From assembly GCA_029210775.1 (NCBI GenBank), contig JARGGI010000002.1, positions 12,478 through 76,477 of the forward strand: a stretch of 64,000 nucleotides of DNA, written 5' to 3'. Below the pieces are notes generated by a model that saw nothing but the letters and a program-made list of their open reading frames with translations, was not told where the DNA came from and searched no databases. The DNA is from Patescibacteria group bacterium. Its GTDB lineage: Bacteria > Patescibacteriota > Minisyncoccia > JAHIHE01 > JAGLIN01. The first letter of the stretch is position 1. Each line of letters begins with the position of its first letter. The position numbers were made by a program, and so were the translations under genes. Shown piece after piece: positions 47,576 through 57,331 of this stretch.

Positions 47576-48478
47576 CTATTTTCTTTTTCTATTTTTATTA
47601 TAAAGATATTTCGCAAAAATTACAATAATAATTATTAATAATAATAATAAAATGCTAAAAAATAATATTTCTTTTTTAAATTTATCTCCATCTGTTTCCG
47701 CTTTTTCCATGGGAATAATTTCTGTTCTAATATTACCAGCTTTATCAATAGCTCTTACTTTTATCTCTTCATTCAACCTTTGATTTTTTAAAAGATAGGG
47801 GCTTTGCGCGATCCTGAACAGCTCATTCCCCTCGCTTATTTCATAATAATCAATTCCGGAATTCTTGTCTTGAGTGGAAAAAATCAAAAAATAATTGCCG
47901 GCATATATTTCATCAGAACGAGTTATAATCGGCGTAAACGGTTCGGGTGGAATATTTTCAGTAAACTTCAGCATTGGCGTATCTTCTTCTGAAAATTTAC
48001 TTATAATTTTCGCGGAAGAAAATAGAGTTTTTGCTTCAGTTCCTTCGCCGTCATTTAATAAAACCAAAGAATCGTCTTTTATCACAATTTCAGCATCCCC
48101 TTCTTTTAAACTCTCAAAATATAAAACCATCAATAATCCCTTCTCTTCGCTGTATCCTCCTGGAATGATACCCTGAAAAGAAAATATCCCGTTATTATTT
48201 TTCGGCTCTTTTATCCAAAGATTAATAATTGAATTGCCATTGCTCCAGTCTTTCAGCTTCAAAAATTTAACGGGATATTCTATATTTATATCAATAGCAT
48301 TAATCGCCTCATTTTTTTCAGTGGATATAAAAATCTGAACTTTTTTAACTGAATTAATAGTGGTGCTTATTTCCCGCGGTTCAAAAAACAACTCCGCCGC
48401 CTTCGCTTCGCTCAACACACTAAAAAACATAAATATTAACACTAAACATTTAAACTTGAAACATAAAACTTGAAACAT
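47576..48478 (-). CDS. Second cohesin-like-domain surface protein with a C-terminal TM anchor and basic tail
   Basis: Signal peptide, then VKKVQIFISTEKNEAINAIDINIEYPVKFLKL...LNDGEGT. C-terminus ILFFSILLLLLIIIIVIFAKYLYNKNRKRK. Confidence 0.45.
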   Translation of the reverse strand: MFQVLCFKFKCLVLIFMFFSVLSEAKAAELFFEPREISTTINSVKKVQIFISTEKNEAINAIDINIEYPVKFLKLKDWSNGNSIINLWIKEPKNNNGIFSFQGIIPGGYSEEKGLLMVLYFESLKEGDAEIVIKDDSLVLLNDGEGTEAKTLFSSAKIISKFSEEDTPMLKFTENIPPEPFTPIITRSDEIYAGNYFLIFSTQDKNSGIDYYEISEGNELFRIAQSPYLLKNQRLNEEIKVRAIDKAGNIRTEIIPMEKAETDGDKFKKEILFFSILLLLLIIIIVIFAKYLYNKNRKRK

Positions 48479-48479
48479 A

Positions 48480-48837
48480 AAACTTATTTTAATTTTTTTA
48501 ATATACCCCAGAGCATTGCGCCGATATTTTCGGCTAAATTTATTGCTTTTTTATAATCTTCTTCGGAAATATATTTTTCAACCAATGAAAAATATAAAAG
48601 ATATTTTGATTATTTTAATGAACCATAAAAAATCTCAAGAAAATTTTTGTGGACTTTTTCTCTTCCTCTGGCATAACCTTTAATGTAATTTAAAATGACT
48701 GATAGCATTGATCTTCGTAGTTGAGAGACAACGCCATATAATTCATCTCTAGGAAATTTTTTGGTTAAAGCATAAACAAGATGAACATATTCATCCATCT
48801 CCCTTTTTAATTTTTCATGGTAAGTTTCCTGTTTCAT
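48480..48837 (-). pseudogene. Four-helix-bundle protein (23S rRNA intervening-sequence protein family, TIGR02436-like), frameshifted
   Basis: The N-terminal 75 aa (...FPRDELYGVVSQLRRSMLSV...) end at a TAA. The C-terminal 45 aa (SLVEKYISEEDYKKAINLAENIGAMLWGILKKLK) continue in another frame. Confidence 0.55.
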
Positions 48838-48881
48838 ATTTTGTGTTTTACATTTCGCGCCTCAAGTTTCATGTTTCAAGA

Positions 48882-49835
48882 CTACCCCGTCCAATAATAC
48901 GCCATAATACTAAAATCAACTAAGTCAATTTTACCGTCATTATTTAATCGATCAGTTTCTATAAGAGCGAAGTTAGCACTGATCGGTCTTTGATACCAAT
49001 AAGCCGCGATGGAAAAATCAACCAGATTTACTCTGCCGTCGCAATTCAAATCCGCCCTGCCACATCCAGTATTGTCTTTCTCTATTGTTTCCGTGCCGAC
49101 TAAAAAACCAACCGTTTGGCTATAAGGACTAATTTCTCCTCTTAATGAGGCCTTGGACTTGGTAAAATGCTGATCTATTTCAAGAACCGAGGTGTCAAAA
49201 TTATATAAATAAACTCCGTCTTTATCAGTTTTAACTTTACCAAAAAACGGCTGGTCTGAATTTATTTCAATAGTTATTTCCGTCTCAGGAACGCTCTGTC
49301 CGAAAATAGCGATATTGTCGCCCCTTTTTACCGCTTTTTTATCAACATCAATAGTAGGTGTAATAAAGATCCCGCTGACTTTAGTTGTAGCGCCTTGAGC
49401 GACGCTTATTGGGAATGTAAATAAACTTGACCGTCTGCCTTCCGCGTCTTCGCTGTAAATGGAAAAAATATAACTGCCGGGAGAAAGTCCGCTAAGATCT
49501 ATTTGAAAATTTGCGCCAGGATCAGCGATAGTCGTAGCCGCAACCTGAGCGTCTTTCAAGAGAGTTATAGTTCTTTTAGGATATGCTCTGCCGCTAAAAA
49601 CAACAGATGCTACAGGAGTGGGAACTGGTATTGTGCCTCTACCACCGCCTCCGCCGCTTGGAGGTGGTGGTGGGCTGTCAGCAATAATTGTAACACTAGT
49701 CGCGGAAGAATCGGCTTTTATTGTTTCAATGCTGGCATAAAACGAAAAAATAAAAAAAACAAAAACGCAAAGAAAAATAAGCGTTTCTGTTTTGTATTTC
49801 CTATATTTTCTAAATATCATAAAATAATGCAGCAT
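48882..49835 (-). CDS. Dockerin-domain surface protein (signal peptide/anchor, Pro5-Gly5 linker, Ig-like region, C-terminal type-I-like dockerin)
   Basis: Two dockerin repeats: DLNCDGRVNLVDFSIAAYWY and RLNNDGKIDLVDFSIMAYYW. Confidence 0.65.
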   Translation of the reverse strand: MLHYFMIFRKYRKYKTETLIFLCVFVFFIFSFYASIETIKADSSATSVTIIADSPPPPPSGGGGGRGTIPVPTPVASVVFSGRAYPKRTITLLKDAQVAATTIADPGANFQIDLSGLSPGSYIFSIYSEDAEGRRSSLFTFPISVAQGATTKVSGIFITPTIDVDKKAVKRGDNIAIFGQSVPETEITIEINSDQPFFGKVKTDKDGVYLYNFDTSVLEIDQHFTKSKASLRGEISPYSQTVGFLVGTETIEKDNTGCGRADLNCDGRVNLVDFSIAAYWYQRPISANFALIETDRLNNDGKIDLVDFSIMAYYWTG

Positions 49836-49854
49836 TTTAAATTATTTATTCTTC

Positions 49855-50865
49855 TTATTCTCCGCCCTTTTCTTCTTTATCTTTTGCATTATTTTCTTTA
49901 ACTTCTTCCTCTTCTTTCTCGTTTTTCGCTGATCTCTTCTTATTTTTCTTCTTGATTATTATAACAACTGCGACAACCATTACCAAAATAAGAGCTAAAA
50001 GAGCTATTAGTAAATTTTTATCAAAATCTATTTTTTTATTATCATCTTTAATAATTCCTTCAGGTGAATAATCAAGAGTTCCTGCTTCAACAACCCTGAA
50101 AGGAGTTTGAAGTTCTTTAACAACTTTTCCATCTTTATAGACTTTGACTGTTCCAGAATATTCTCCAAGACCCAACCTTAAATCAATTGGAAATTGCATC
50201 ATAGTTTCCTTTGCTGAATATGGAGATACAGATTCAAATTCTTCCGTTTGTGCGTATCCGAGGCGAACAGCATTATATTTATCAAACAAATCAAAAGTAG
50301 CTCTATCAAGTTTTACAGGAACATTACCGGTATTTTGGATTTTAACAAAAGCTAAGAGAGACCATCCAGTTTCAATATTTTTCATGGTTATAGCCAAAAC
50401 CTCAAATTCCTCAATAACATTATTGCCAACCGTAAGATCAAGATCAATTCTTCCGCCATAGTTAATACTAACATTTGAGCCCTCTTTAACCTCTTTTATT
50501 TTTGCCGGCGATGTATTTACTCTTATAAAACCCTTGTATTTTCCCATCAGAGCATCTTCTGGAACGCTTATCTTTATTTTTATCGGAAATTGTTGTCCTC
50601 CTTTTGGTATAATAAAGGACATCCCTTGGTCAATGCTAATCCAACTTTCAATTTCAGGAGCATCAAAAACCACCTCTGCCTGCAAATCTTCATCCGGTTC
50701 GCTTTGAACAAGAGTTATTATTTGTTCATACACAGAACCCTTTAATAAATTATCGGCAATAATTTGAGGCGGTGAAACTCCAAATCCCCCCGCATTTGCA
50801 TTTCCTGAAAAAACTAGCGTTGCAACAATTATTGATAAAATTTGGAAATTTTTTTTAAATTCCAT
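49855..50865 (-). CDS. Secreted surface protein with a C-terminal TM helix and a highly charged cytoplasmic tail
   Basis: Signal peptide MEFKKNFQILSIIVATLVFSGNANA. TM helix LLIALLALILVMVVAVVIII, then KKKNKKRS...EEEEVKENNAKDKEEKGGE. Confidence 0.5.
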   Translation of the reverse strand: MEFKKNFQILSIIVATLVFSGNANAGGFGVSPPQIIADNLLKGSVYEQIITLVQSEPDEDLQAEVVFDAPEIESWISIDQGMSFIIPKGGQQFPIKIKISVPEDALMGKYKGFIRVNTSPAKIKEVKEGSNVSINYGGRIDLDLTVGNNVIEEFEVLAITMKNIETGWSLLAFVKIQNTGNVPVKLDRATFDLFDKYNAVRLGYAQTEEFESVSPYSAKETMMQFPIDLRLGLGEYSGTVKVYKDGKVVKELQTPFRVVEAGTLDYSPEGIIKDDNKKIDFDKNLLIALLALILVMVVAVVIIIKKKNKKRSAKNEKEEEEVKENNAKDKEEKGGE

Positions 50866-51085
50866 ATTTTTAAAAAATTATTAAATATATTTCATTATAT
50901 AAAAAATTTAACTGCTATTCAAAATATACCACATTTTATAATATAAAGCAAATCATAGAAGTCTAATTCCTATATGTTTAAGAAATAATCTAACTCTATA
51001 AAAAACTAACCCTCTTTAATTTTGATATTATTAAAGAGGGTTAGTTTATGGAAAATAATTAACAAACATTAATCATTTGAACTCC

Positions 51086-52012
51086 TTATGTTCCAGCAAC
51101 AGCGGTGAAAGTGTTTGATCCGGTGCATGCTCCTTCAACACCATTTGCCGGTATTAATATCCCCCAATAAGAGCCAGCACTAACGGGAGTATTAGTATCT
51201 TCTGGAGTTGGTAATGTTAAGTTTAATGTTGTGGGAGTGGCTGATAAATCTGTTCCCGTGCTATAGTCAAAACTTGCTGTAGCTGAATATTCTTGATTAG
51301 CGATTGGGATTGTTCCGGTGGTGCATGACATTGCCGCCGCAGATGAAACTTGCGGATCCATTATAGCGTTGCCAGTGTTTGTCACCGTTGCCGTTATAGG
51401 AGAAGTGTTAGTGTCAGTTCCAAGCCCCATAGAACCATATCCAATTGAAGCGGTCACATCCAAAGCAAGGAGTGTGTCTACTGTTATCGTGTCAGTGTCA
51501 GCAGTTCCAGCGCCAACAGTATCAGTAGGAGTTACCTGACATGTCCATGCGCCAGGATCGGCATAATATTGAACTGAAAAATTACATGTATATGTTTCTG
51601 TTAGGCCCGATCCTCCAGAAGGAACGCAGTTGGTGTCGCCAGTAAGAATATAACGAACATCAGAATCGCCTGCTCCTGCCGCTCCTGCTGTTGTTAAATA
51701 TAATCTTGCTTCAACTGAAGTAATATCTGCATAGCCATTGTTATCCGTAACTGTAGCCACGCAAGATACTGTTTTAGTGGTGTTTTCAGTTAAAGTTACA
51801 TTTGCGGCAGCACTGTCAATGCTCGTTGCGCTAGCTACAGGCAGCGCGTTTGTGATAGTTACGGAAGTACTAGAAGAATCTGCTTGAGCTTTTTCTATGG
51901 TTTTGTTTGATGCAAAATTACCAGAAGAAAAAACAAGTCCAAGAATCATCGTCGCGACTATCATTTTTTTAGACGCTTTTTTAAAAACTCTTTTTGTTTT
52001 TATTTTCATCAT
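51086..52012 (-). CDS. Secreted Thr/Ser/Gly-rich Cys-containing protein (paralogue A)
   Basis: Signal peptide. Colinear with the C-terminal 290 aa of 52141-53541 through the shared motifs ENTTKT..C.ATVTD.NGYADITSVEA.LY, GD.NC.PSGGSG.TE.YTC.FSVQ, VTVTNTGN.LMDPQVSSAAAM.CT.GTIP.ANQEYS and C-terminal CTGSNTFTA.AG. Confidence 0.5.
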   Translation of the reverse strand: MMKIKTKRVFKKASKKMIVATMILGLVFSSGNFASNKTIEKAQADSSSTSVTITNALPVASATSIDSAAANVTLTENTTKTVSCVATVTDNNGYADITSVEARLYLTTAGAAGAGDSDVRYILTGDTNCVPSGGSGLTETYTCNFSVQYYADPGAWTCQVTPTDTVGAGTADTDTITVDTLLALDVTASIGYGSMGLGTDTNTSPITATVTNTGNAIMDPQVSSAAAMSCTTGTIPIANQEYSATASFDYSTGTDLSATPTTLNLTLPTPEDTNTPVSAGSYWGILIPANGVEGACTGSNTFTAVAGT

Positions 52013-52140
52013 GTTTTTTATTTTTTATGTTATTAATTATTATTTAGTCCATCCTAATATATAAAAAGTTATAATTTTCAATGAAAAATTGCTATTTTGC
52101 TATTTAATTAACTTTACTTGTTAATATTATAACACATTTT

Positions 52141-53541
52141 CTAAGACCCCGCAATAGCTGTAAAAGTATTAGAGCCCGTGCAACTTCCTCCAACGCCCGT
52201 GCCCGGTATTCCTATCCCCCAATAAGAATTATCCGTGACGGGGGTTGTTGTTGTTGGTTTTGCCAGAGATAAATTTAGAGTTGTTGGAGTGGCTGATAAA
52301 TCCGTACCAGAACCATAGGTAAAAGTTGCGTTTGAATATTCCTGGTTCGCAACTGGGATTGTTCCGATTGTGCAAGTCATTGCTGCGGCAGATGAAACCT
52401 GCGGATCCATCAAAGTGTTTCCTGTATTTGTAACAGTTACTGTTTGAGGAGAAGCTCCAGAATTATTTCCCAGTCCCAAGGTTCCGTAATTGATATTAGC
52501 TGTTACATTTAAGGCATTGAGAGTGCCCATTTCAATTGTATCCGTTGCTGCGGTTCCGGGTCCTCCAGAATACGAAGGAGTCACTTGACAAGTCCAGTTA
52601 TCAGCTGAATAAATAGGCGCGCTGGCGTCAGTCGGTTCCGCAAAAAATTGGACAGAAAAAGCACAGGTATAATTTTCCGTATTTCCTGAACCGCCAGAAG
52701 GGATGCAATTAGCGTCACCCGTTAAGGTATAATGATTATTATCATTATCAGCTACTCCCGCGCCCACTCCCGTTCTGTATAACTTTGCTTCAACTGAGGT
52801 AATGTCCGCATAGCCATTTTCGTCTGTAACCGTAGCTGTGCAAGTAATAGTTTTCGTAGTATTTTCAATTAAAGTAACGCTTGTCGCTCCGCCATCAATA
52901 CTGACTGAACTGGCAACTGGAGGGGTAGAACCGGGAGTATAATAAATAGTCACCCAGACATAATCTATTTCAATATTTTTACCGCTTTTACTGTTGGACC
53001 CCTCTATTTTGACCTTAAAATTTGCATTGCTAAATTCGCTTGCGGACCAAGCTCTCCCCCAAGTATCCGTTGTTCCTCCTTCAGTGTATAATGTAAAATT
53101 CATAGATAATTCACCAGAATCTGGGCTGCGATAAGCAGCAGTATAACCAGACCCTCCATCCCATGACAAATAAGTATTAAGATAGCCATCACAAGAATTA
53201 TTATTTTCTTGCGCCTCAATTTCAACTTTAATTCCGTCAATTGACAGGGCGTCAGCTGGAACATTCAAAGTAAAATCTGATAATGTTCCAACTGCCGTCC
53301 CCAAACTGCTGTAAACCGCGATACTGGCATCATTGCCGCTCAAACTGGTGGTGTTCCATCCAGATGTCCAAGAAGCATTAGTAGCCGTTACAGCCGTTTT
53401 TACTCCCGTGTCAGCAGCTATACTTTTTTCAATTTCCGCCGGAAATTGAAAATTTTGCCATATCTGCGGCCACCCAGAAAATACCCACGAAAAAATAAGG
53501 GTGAAAATGAGAATGGTTTTTGGCAGTTTTTTAAAATTCAT
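52141..53541 (-). CDS. Secreted Thr/Ser/Gly-rich protein (paralogue B, with an extra ~180-aa N-terminal domain)
   Basis: Signal peptide. The C-terminal two-thirds match 51086-52012 at about 70-75% nucleotide identity over stretches. Confidence 0.5.
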   Translation of the reverse strand: MNFKKLPKTILIFTLIFSWVFSGWPQIWQNFQFPAEIEKSIAADTGVKTAVTATNASWTSGWNTTSLSGNDASIAVYSSLGTAVGTLSDFTLNVPADALSIDGIKVEIEAQENNNSCDGYLNTYLSWDGGSGYTAAYRSPDSGELSMNFTLYTEGGTTDTWGRAWSASEFSNANFKVKIEGSNSKSGKNIEIDYVWVTIYYTPGSTPPVASSVSIDGGATSVTLIENTTKTITCTATVTDENGYADITSVEAKLYRTGVGAGVADNDNNHYTLTGDANCIPSGGSGNTENYTCAFSVQFFAEPTDASAPIYSADNWTCQVTPSYSGGPGTAATDTIEMGTLNALNVTANINYGTLGLGNNSGASPQTVTVTNTGNTLMDPQVSSAAAMTCTIGTIPVANQEYSNATFTYGSGTDLSATPTTLNLSLAKPTTTTPVTDNSYWGIGIPGTGVGGSCTGSNTFTAIAGS

Positions 53542-53561
53542 AACTAGATGAATAATATTTT

Positions 53562-54095
53562 TTAGTCTGGCAAACCAGAAATAATCTCAGCGATTTTTGG
53601 ATGTTGGGCAAGAAACCGATATTCAAGCATTTTCATAATAATCGTTATGTGCCTAAGCTCAACATCAGCTCTGTCTGGATGCATTAAAAGTTGAGAAATT
53701 TCTTTTCCAAGATCACTCAGATATTCAGGGATTGTTTCGGAATTTATCTTTTCTTTTAACTCCACAATAATTTTATCAAGCTCTTCTCTATCAAGCCAAA
53801 CTCCACGACAATCAAGACAAATATCAACCATAACATTTGTGTTTCCATATTTTATTTTAAAAAGATGCTTCCCATCCCTGGGACAATTTACTGACTTTCC
53901 ACTAACCATTAGCTTACTCCTATCTTCCCATAAATCAAAGTCTAGCCAACTTAAATTTTTATCACGATGATCGCGAATAGTTTTTAGCTCATCTTTATCA
54001 AACCATATTCCACCACAAAACTCACAGCAATCAATTCTAACTCCGTTTATTTCAGCCTTTTTTAGTTCTTCTAATCTACATTTTGGACATTTCAT
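53562..54095 (-). CDS. Protein with two TFIIB-type zinc-ribbon repeats (paralogue of 14116-14724)
   Basis: MKCPKCRLEEL...CEFCGGIWFDKDEL and VNCPRDGKHL...CLDCRGVWLDREEL. Confidence 0.55.
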   Translation of the reverse strand: MKCPKCRLEELKKAEINGVRIDCCEFCGGIWFDKDELKTIRDHRDKNLSWLDFDLWEDRSKLMVSGKSVNCPRDGKHLFKIKYGNTNVMVDICLDCRGVWLDREELDKIIVELKEKINSETIPEYLSDLGKEISQLLMHPDRADVELRHITIIMKMLEYRFLAQHPKIAEIISGLPD

Positions 54096-54181
54096 AAATT
54101 TAGAATTAAATTATTTGTTATTGTGAGAGATTTTGTAAGATACTATAATAATCTCGTAATTATGTGCAATGATTTCTATTT

Positions 54182-55984
54182 CTATAATTTATAAATACAA
54201 ATTTTTTCATCCCTTTTTATTTTCGAATCACATCTTGGATCATCTATATTTTCTAAGCGAGCTGATAACTCAAAACTTTTTCCGTCTACTGAGGTATAGC
54301 CATAATAATAAATTGGATGTTTCGGATCAAGTGGAAGATTTGATTCTTCGTTTGCTGATTTGATTTTAGTCACCACACCATTGCTCTCGTTTAATTTTGA
54401 AGCAGATACACTAATTGGATAATTACCATTTTCTATTTTATATTTTATAATCATAGAAGATAAGTTTCTTAAATCCGACACTCTTTGCTTGTCTCTTTCA
54501 ATAATTGTGATTTCATTTTCATTTCCACTTGTTTTACTTTCTGATTTATTTACATTTTTATCAAACTGAGAACCATGAACAAATGAATTAAAACAATCTT
54601 TTTCCTTCATCTCAAATTCAATACAAACCTCAAAATCACTTCCATCGTTCAACTGCCTATATTTATACAATTCATTTGTCTCAGGATCTCTATATTCCTC
54701 TTCTAATTGATTCAGCGATTCAGGATATTTATTATTTTTAGTAAAATAACCCTCTAAACTGTTTTGAATACTAAATTTGTCATATTGACGCGTCATGTCA
54801 TATTCCCGACTATTATCATTTCCGATTAAATCCGGAATTAATGTTTCCGTACTAAATATGAAATATGAAAATCCAACAAAATATATTAATATAAATATGA
54901 ATCCAATTATTGCTAACACTTTTATCTTGGTTTTATTATTTTGTAAATTATTTCTACCTATCTTATCCCTTTTAATGACTCTTAAATTTTCGTAGAGATT
55001 ATACATAAATAAACACATAACCGGGACAAGCACAGAATAGAATAATATTAACAAAAGAAACATGGGTATGGCTAAAAACGGTGAAATGGAAGCAATAACA
55101 CCTGTCAAGAAGAATAAAACAAGTAAAATTAATATAACCAAACAGTACAAAACTAAAAGTCGCCATAGGATTGATAAAACCTTCTTTTTTATTAATTCGT
55201 ATCCAATAGAAAATGACTCTAATGGAGATACGTCGTCTAAAACTACATTAAAATCCGCAAAAATCACAACAACTAAACTGACAGGATATATTAATAACAT
55301 TGTTAATAACATTGTAATTATTGCTAAAAACCCTAAAACCCAAATAATTACATTCAATAAAGCTCGAGAAACTTCTCCGTTAGAAAAAAGTGTCCCTGAG
55401 TAAGAAGTTATAAAAAACAAAATTCCAGGAATAAGAAGAAAAACTGCTAAAACACCCATCACAACAAAAATTCCCAAAAAGCTTGCAAAAAAGAAAGGTT
55501 TAATTTTATTTGTTGAATTCTTTATTAAATCTATTATATTAGCATTTTTATCATTCAATAATCTGATAATTGAGATAACTATAGAAAAAGATGGAACATA
55601 TAATATAATACTAATCAAGACTGCTGTTAGAATCATCATTACGACACTCTTAGCAAAAAGAACTATAATAAAACCTATAATTACATTTGAAAGTATAATA
55701 ACTAATAATAATATTAAAGACAATCCTAAAAAACCTTTCCATCTTTCAATAAACATCTTATATGACAAAGACAATAAATCAAAAACTCCCATAAGTTTCT
55801 CGCTACTAAAAACATCGTCTTTAAATATGTGCGTCTGATTTATATTCTCAGATTCATTGGTATTTATTTCTGAAGAGTCCAAGGAATTAATAGTTTTGTC
55901 TCTTTCTTTAATAATGCTTACATCTGTATTATCACTATTAGACTTTAATTTTTCAGAGTCAATTTGATTCAGATTGATGTCCAT
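54182..55984 (-). CDS. Polytopic membrane protein with two C-terminal pilin-like extracellular modules
   Basis: About 9 TM helices. C-terminal repeats DMTRQYDKFSIQNSLEGYFTKNNKYPESLNQL and DKQRVSDLRNLSSMIIKYKIENGNYPISVSAS resemble the type IV pilin/pseudopilin globular-domain pattern. Confidence 0.45.
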   Translation of the reverse strand: MDINLNQIDSEKLKSNSDNTDVSIIKERDKTINSLDSSEINTNESENINQTHIFKDDVFSSEKLMGVFDLLSLSYKMFIERWKGFLGLSLILLLVIILSNVIIGFIIVLFAKSVVMMILTAVLISIILYVPSFSIVISIIRLLNDKNANIIDLIKNSTNKIKPFFFASFLGIFVVMGVLAVFLLIPGILFFITSYSGTLFSNGEVSRALLNVIIWVLGFLAIITMLLTMLLIYPVSLVVVIFADFNVVLDDVSPLESFSIGYELIKKKVLSILWRLLVLYCLVILILLVLFFLTGVIASISPFLAIPMFLLLILFYSVLVPVMCLFMYNLYENLRVIKRDKIGRNNLQNNKTKIKVLAIIGFIFILIYFVGFSYFIFSTETLIPDLIGNDNSREYDMTRQYDKFSIQNSLEGYFTKNNKYPESLNQLEEEYRDPETNELYKYRQLNDGSDFEVCIEFEMKEKDCFNSFVHGSQFDKNVNKSESKTSGNENEITIIERDKQRVSDLRNLSSMIIKYKIENGNYPISVSASKLNESNGVVTKIKSANEESNLPLDPKHPIYYYGYTSVDGKSFELSARLENIDDPRCDSKIKRDEKICIYKL

Positions 55985-56083
55985 ATCTCTATGTTAAAAA
56001 ATTATTTATCGTAATTTTTGGTTTTTAGATTTATTCTCTTCTTTATTATATATTTATAAATTTATTATAACATATAACTGTAG

Positions 56084-57304
56084 CTATTTCAAATATTTTC
56101 TCTTTCTTATCTTTTCAGGAAAATATTCCTGTTTTTCTTGATAATCAAAATCTGGTGAATATTTATATCCTTTTCCATAATGCAAGTTTTTCATCAATTT
56201 TGTGGGCGCATTTCTAATGTGCAATGGTACAGGAAGATTACCATATTTTTTTACATCATCAACTGATTCTCCATAAGCTTTATAAAGCTCATTGCTTTTT
56301 TTGCTCTTTGCCATATAAACAACAGCTTGTGCAAGATTAACGCTACACTCTGGATAACCAATGAAATGACAGGCCTGATAAGCAGAAACCGCTTGATCAA
56401 GGGCAAATGAATTCGCAATTCCAATGTCTTCTGAAGCAAATCTAATTAGACGCCTTGCAATATAAAGCGGATTTTCCCCTCCTTCAATCATTCTTGCAAG
56501 CCAATATAACGATGCATCCGCATCACCGCCTCGCATTGATTTATGAAGAGCTGAGATAACATTATAATGCTCCTCTCCATTCTTGTCATAAGCTAAAGAT
56601 TTTTGAAGCGCTTCTTGGATTGTTTTCTGATCCATTTTTTTATTTATGTCGCTGGCAAATTCCAAAGCATTAAGCGCCACACGAGCATCACCGTCTGATA
56701 TTTCAGCCAGAAACTTCATATCCTTGTCGTTTATAGTAATTTTTAAATTACCTAGTCCTCTTTTTTTATCATCTAAAGCATTTTTCAGTATTTTTTCAAT
56801 ATGTTCTGGATCAAGTTTTTCAAGCACAAAAACACGACAACGCGACAAAAGAGCGTTATTAACTTCAAAACTCGGATTTTCAGTTGTAGCTCCAACTAAA
56901 ATTATTGTTCCATTTTCAATGTGAGACAAAAGTGTATCTTGTTGAGATTTATTGAAACGATGAATCTCATCAATAAACATAATAGTTTTCTTCCCGTCTT
57001 TTTTTAATTCTTCCGCTATTCTAATCTTTTCTCTAACTTCTTTTACTCCGCTTATGGTCGCACTCAATTTCGCAAACTCTCCCTTTGTAGTTTGAGCTAT
57101 AATAAAGGCCAGTGTTGTTTTCCCCGACCCAGGCGGACCCCAAAAAATAATAGAAGGGATATTGTCAGCTTCTATCGCTTTCCGTAAAATTTTATCCTTC
57201 CCCAAAAGCTTTTCCTGCCCGACAAAATCCACCAACGTCTTCGGACGCATTCGATCAGCTAACGGAATTTTATGAGTTTGTGAGTCCATATTCATTATGA
57301 TCAC
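56084..57304 (-). CDS. rarA: Replication-associated recombination protein A (AAA+ ATPase)
   Basis: RPKTLVDFVGQEKLLG...IFWGPPGSGKTTLA...FIDEIHRFNKSQQD. Confidence 0.9.
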   Translation of the reverse strand: MIIMNMDSQTHKIPLADRMRPKTLVDFVGQEKLLGKDKILRKAIEADNIPSIIFWGPPGSGKTTLAFIIAQTTKGEFAKLSATISGVKEVREKIRIAEELKKDGKKTIMFIDEIHRFNKSQQDTLLSHIENGTIILVGATTENPSFEVNNALLSRCRVFVLEKLDPEHIEKILKNALDDKKRGLGNLKITINDKDMKFLAEISDGDARVALNALEFASDINKKMDQKTIQEALQKSLAYDKNGEEHYNVISALHKSMRGGDADASLYWLARMIEGGENPLYIARRLIRFASEDIGIANSFALDQAVSAYQACHFIGYPECSVNLAQAVVYMAKSKKSNELYKAYGESVDDVKKYGNLPVPLHIRNAPTKLMKNLHYGKGYKYSPDFDYQEKQEYFPEKIRKRKYLK

Positions 57305-57331
57305 AGAAGCTTAGTTTTTTTAGAATTAAAA

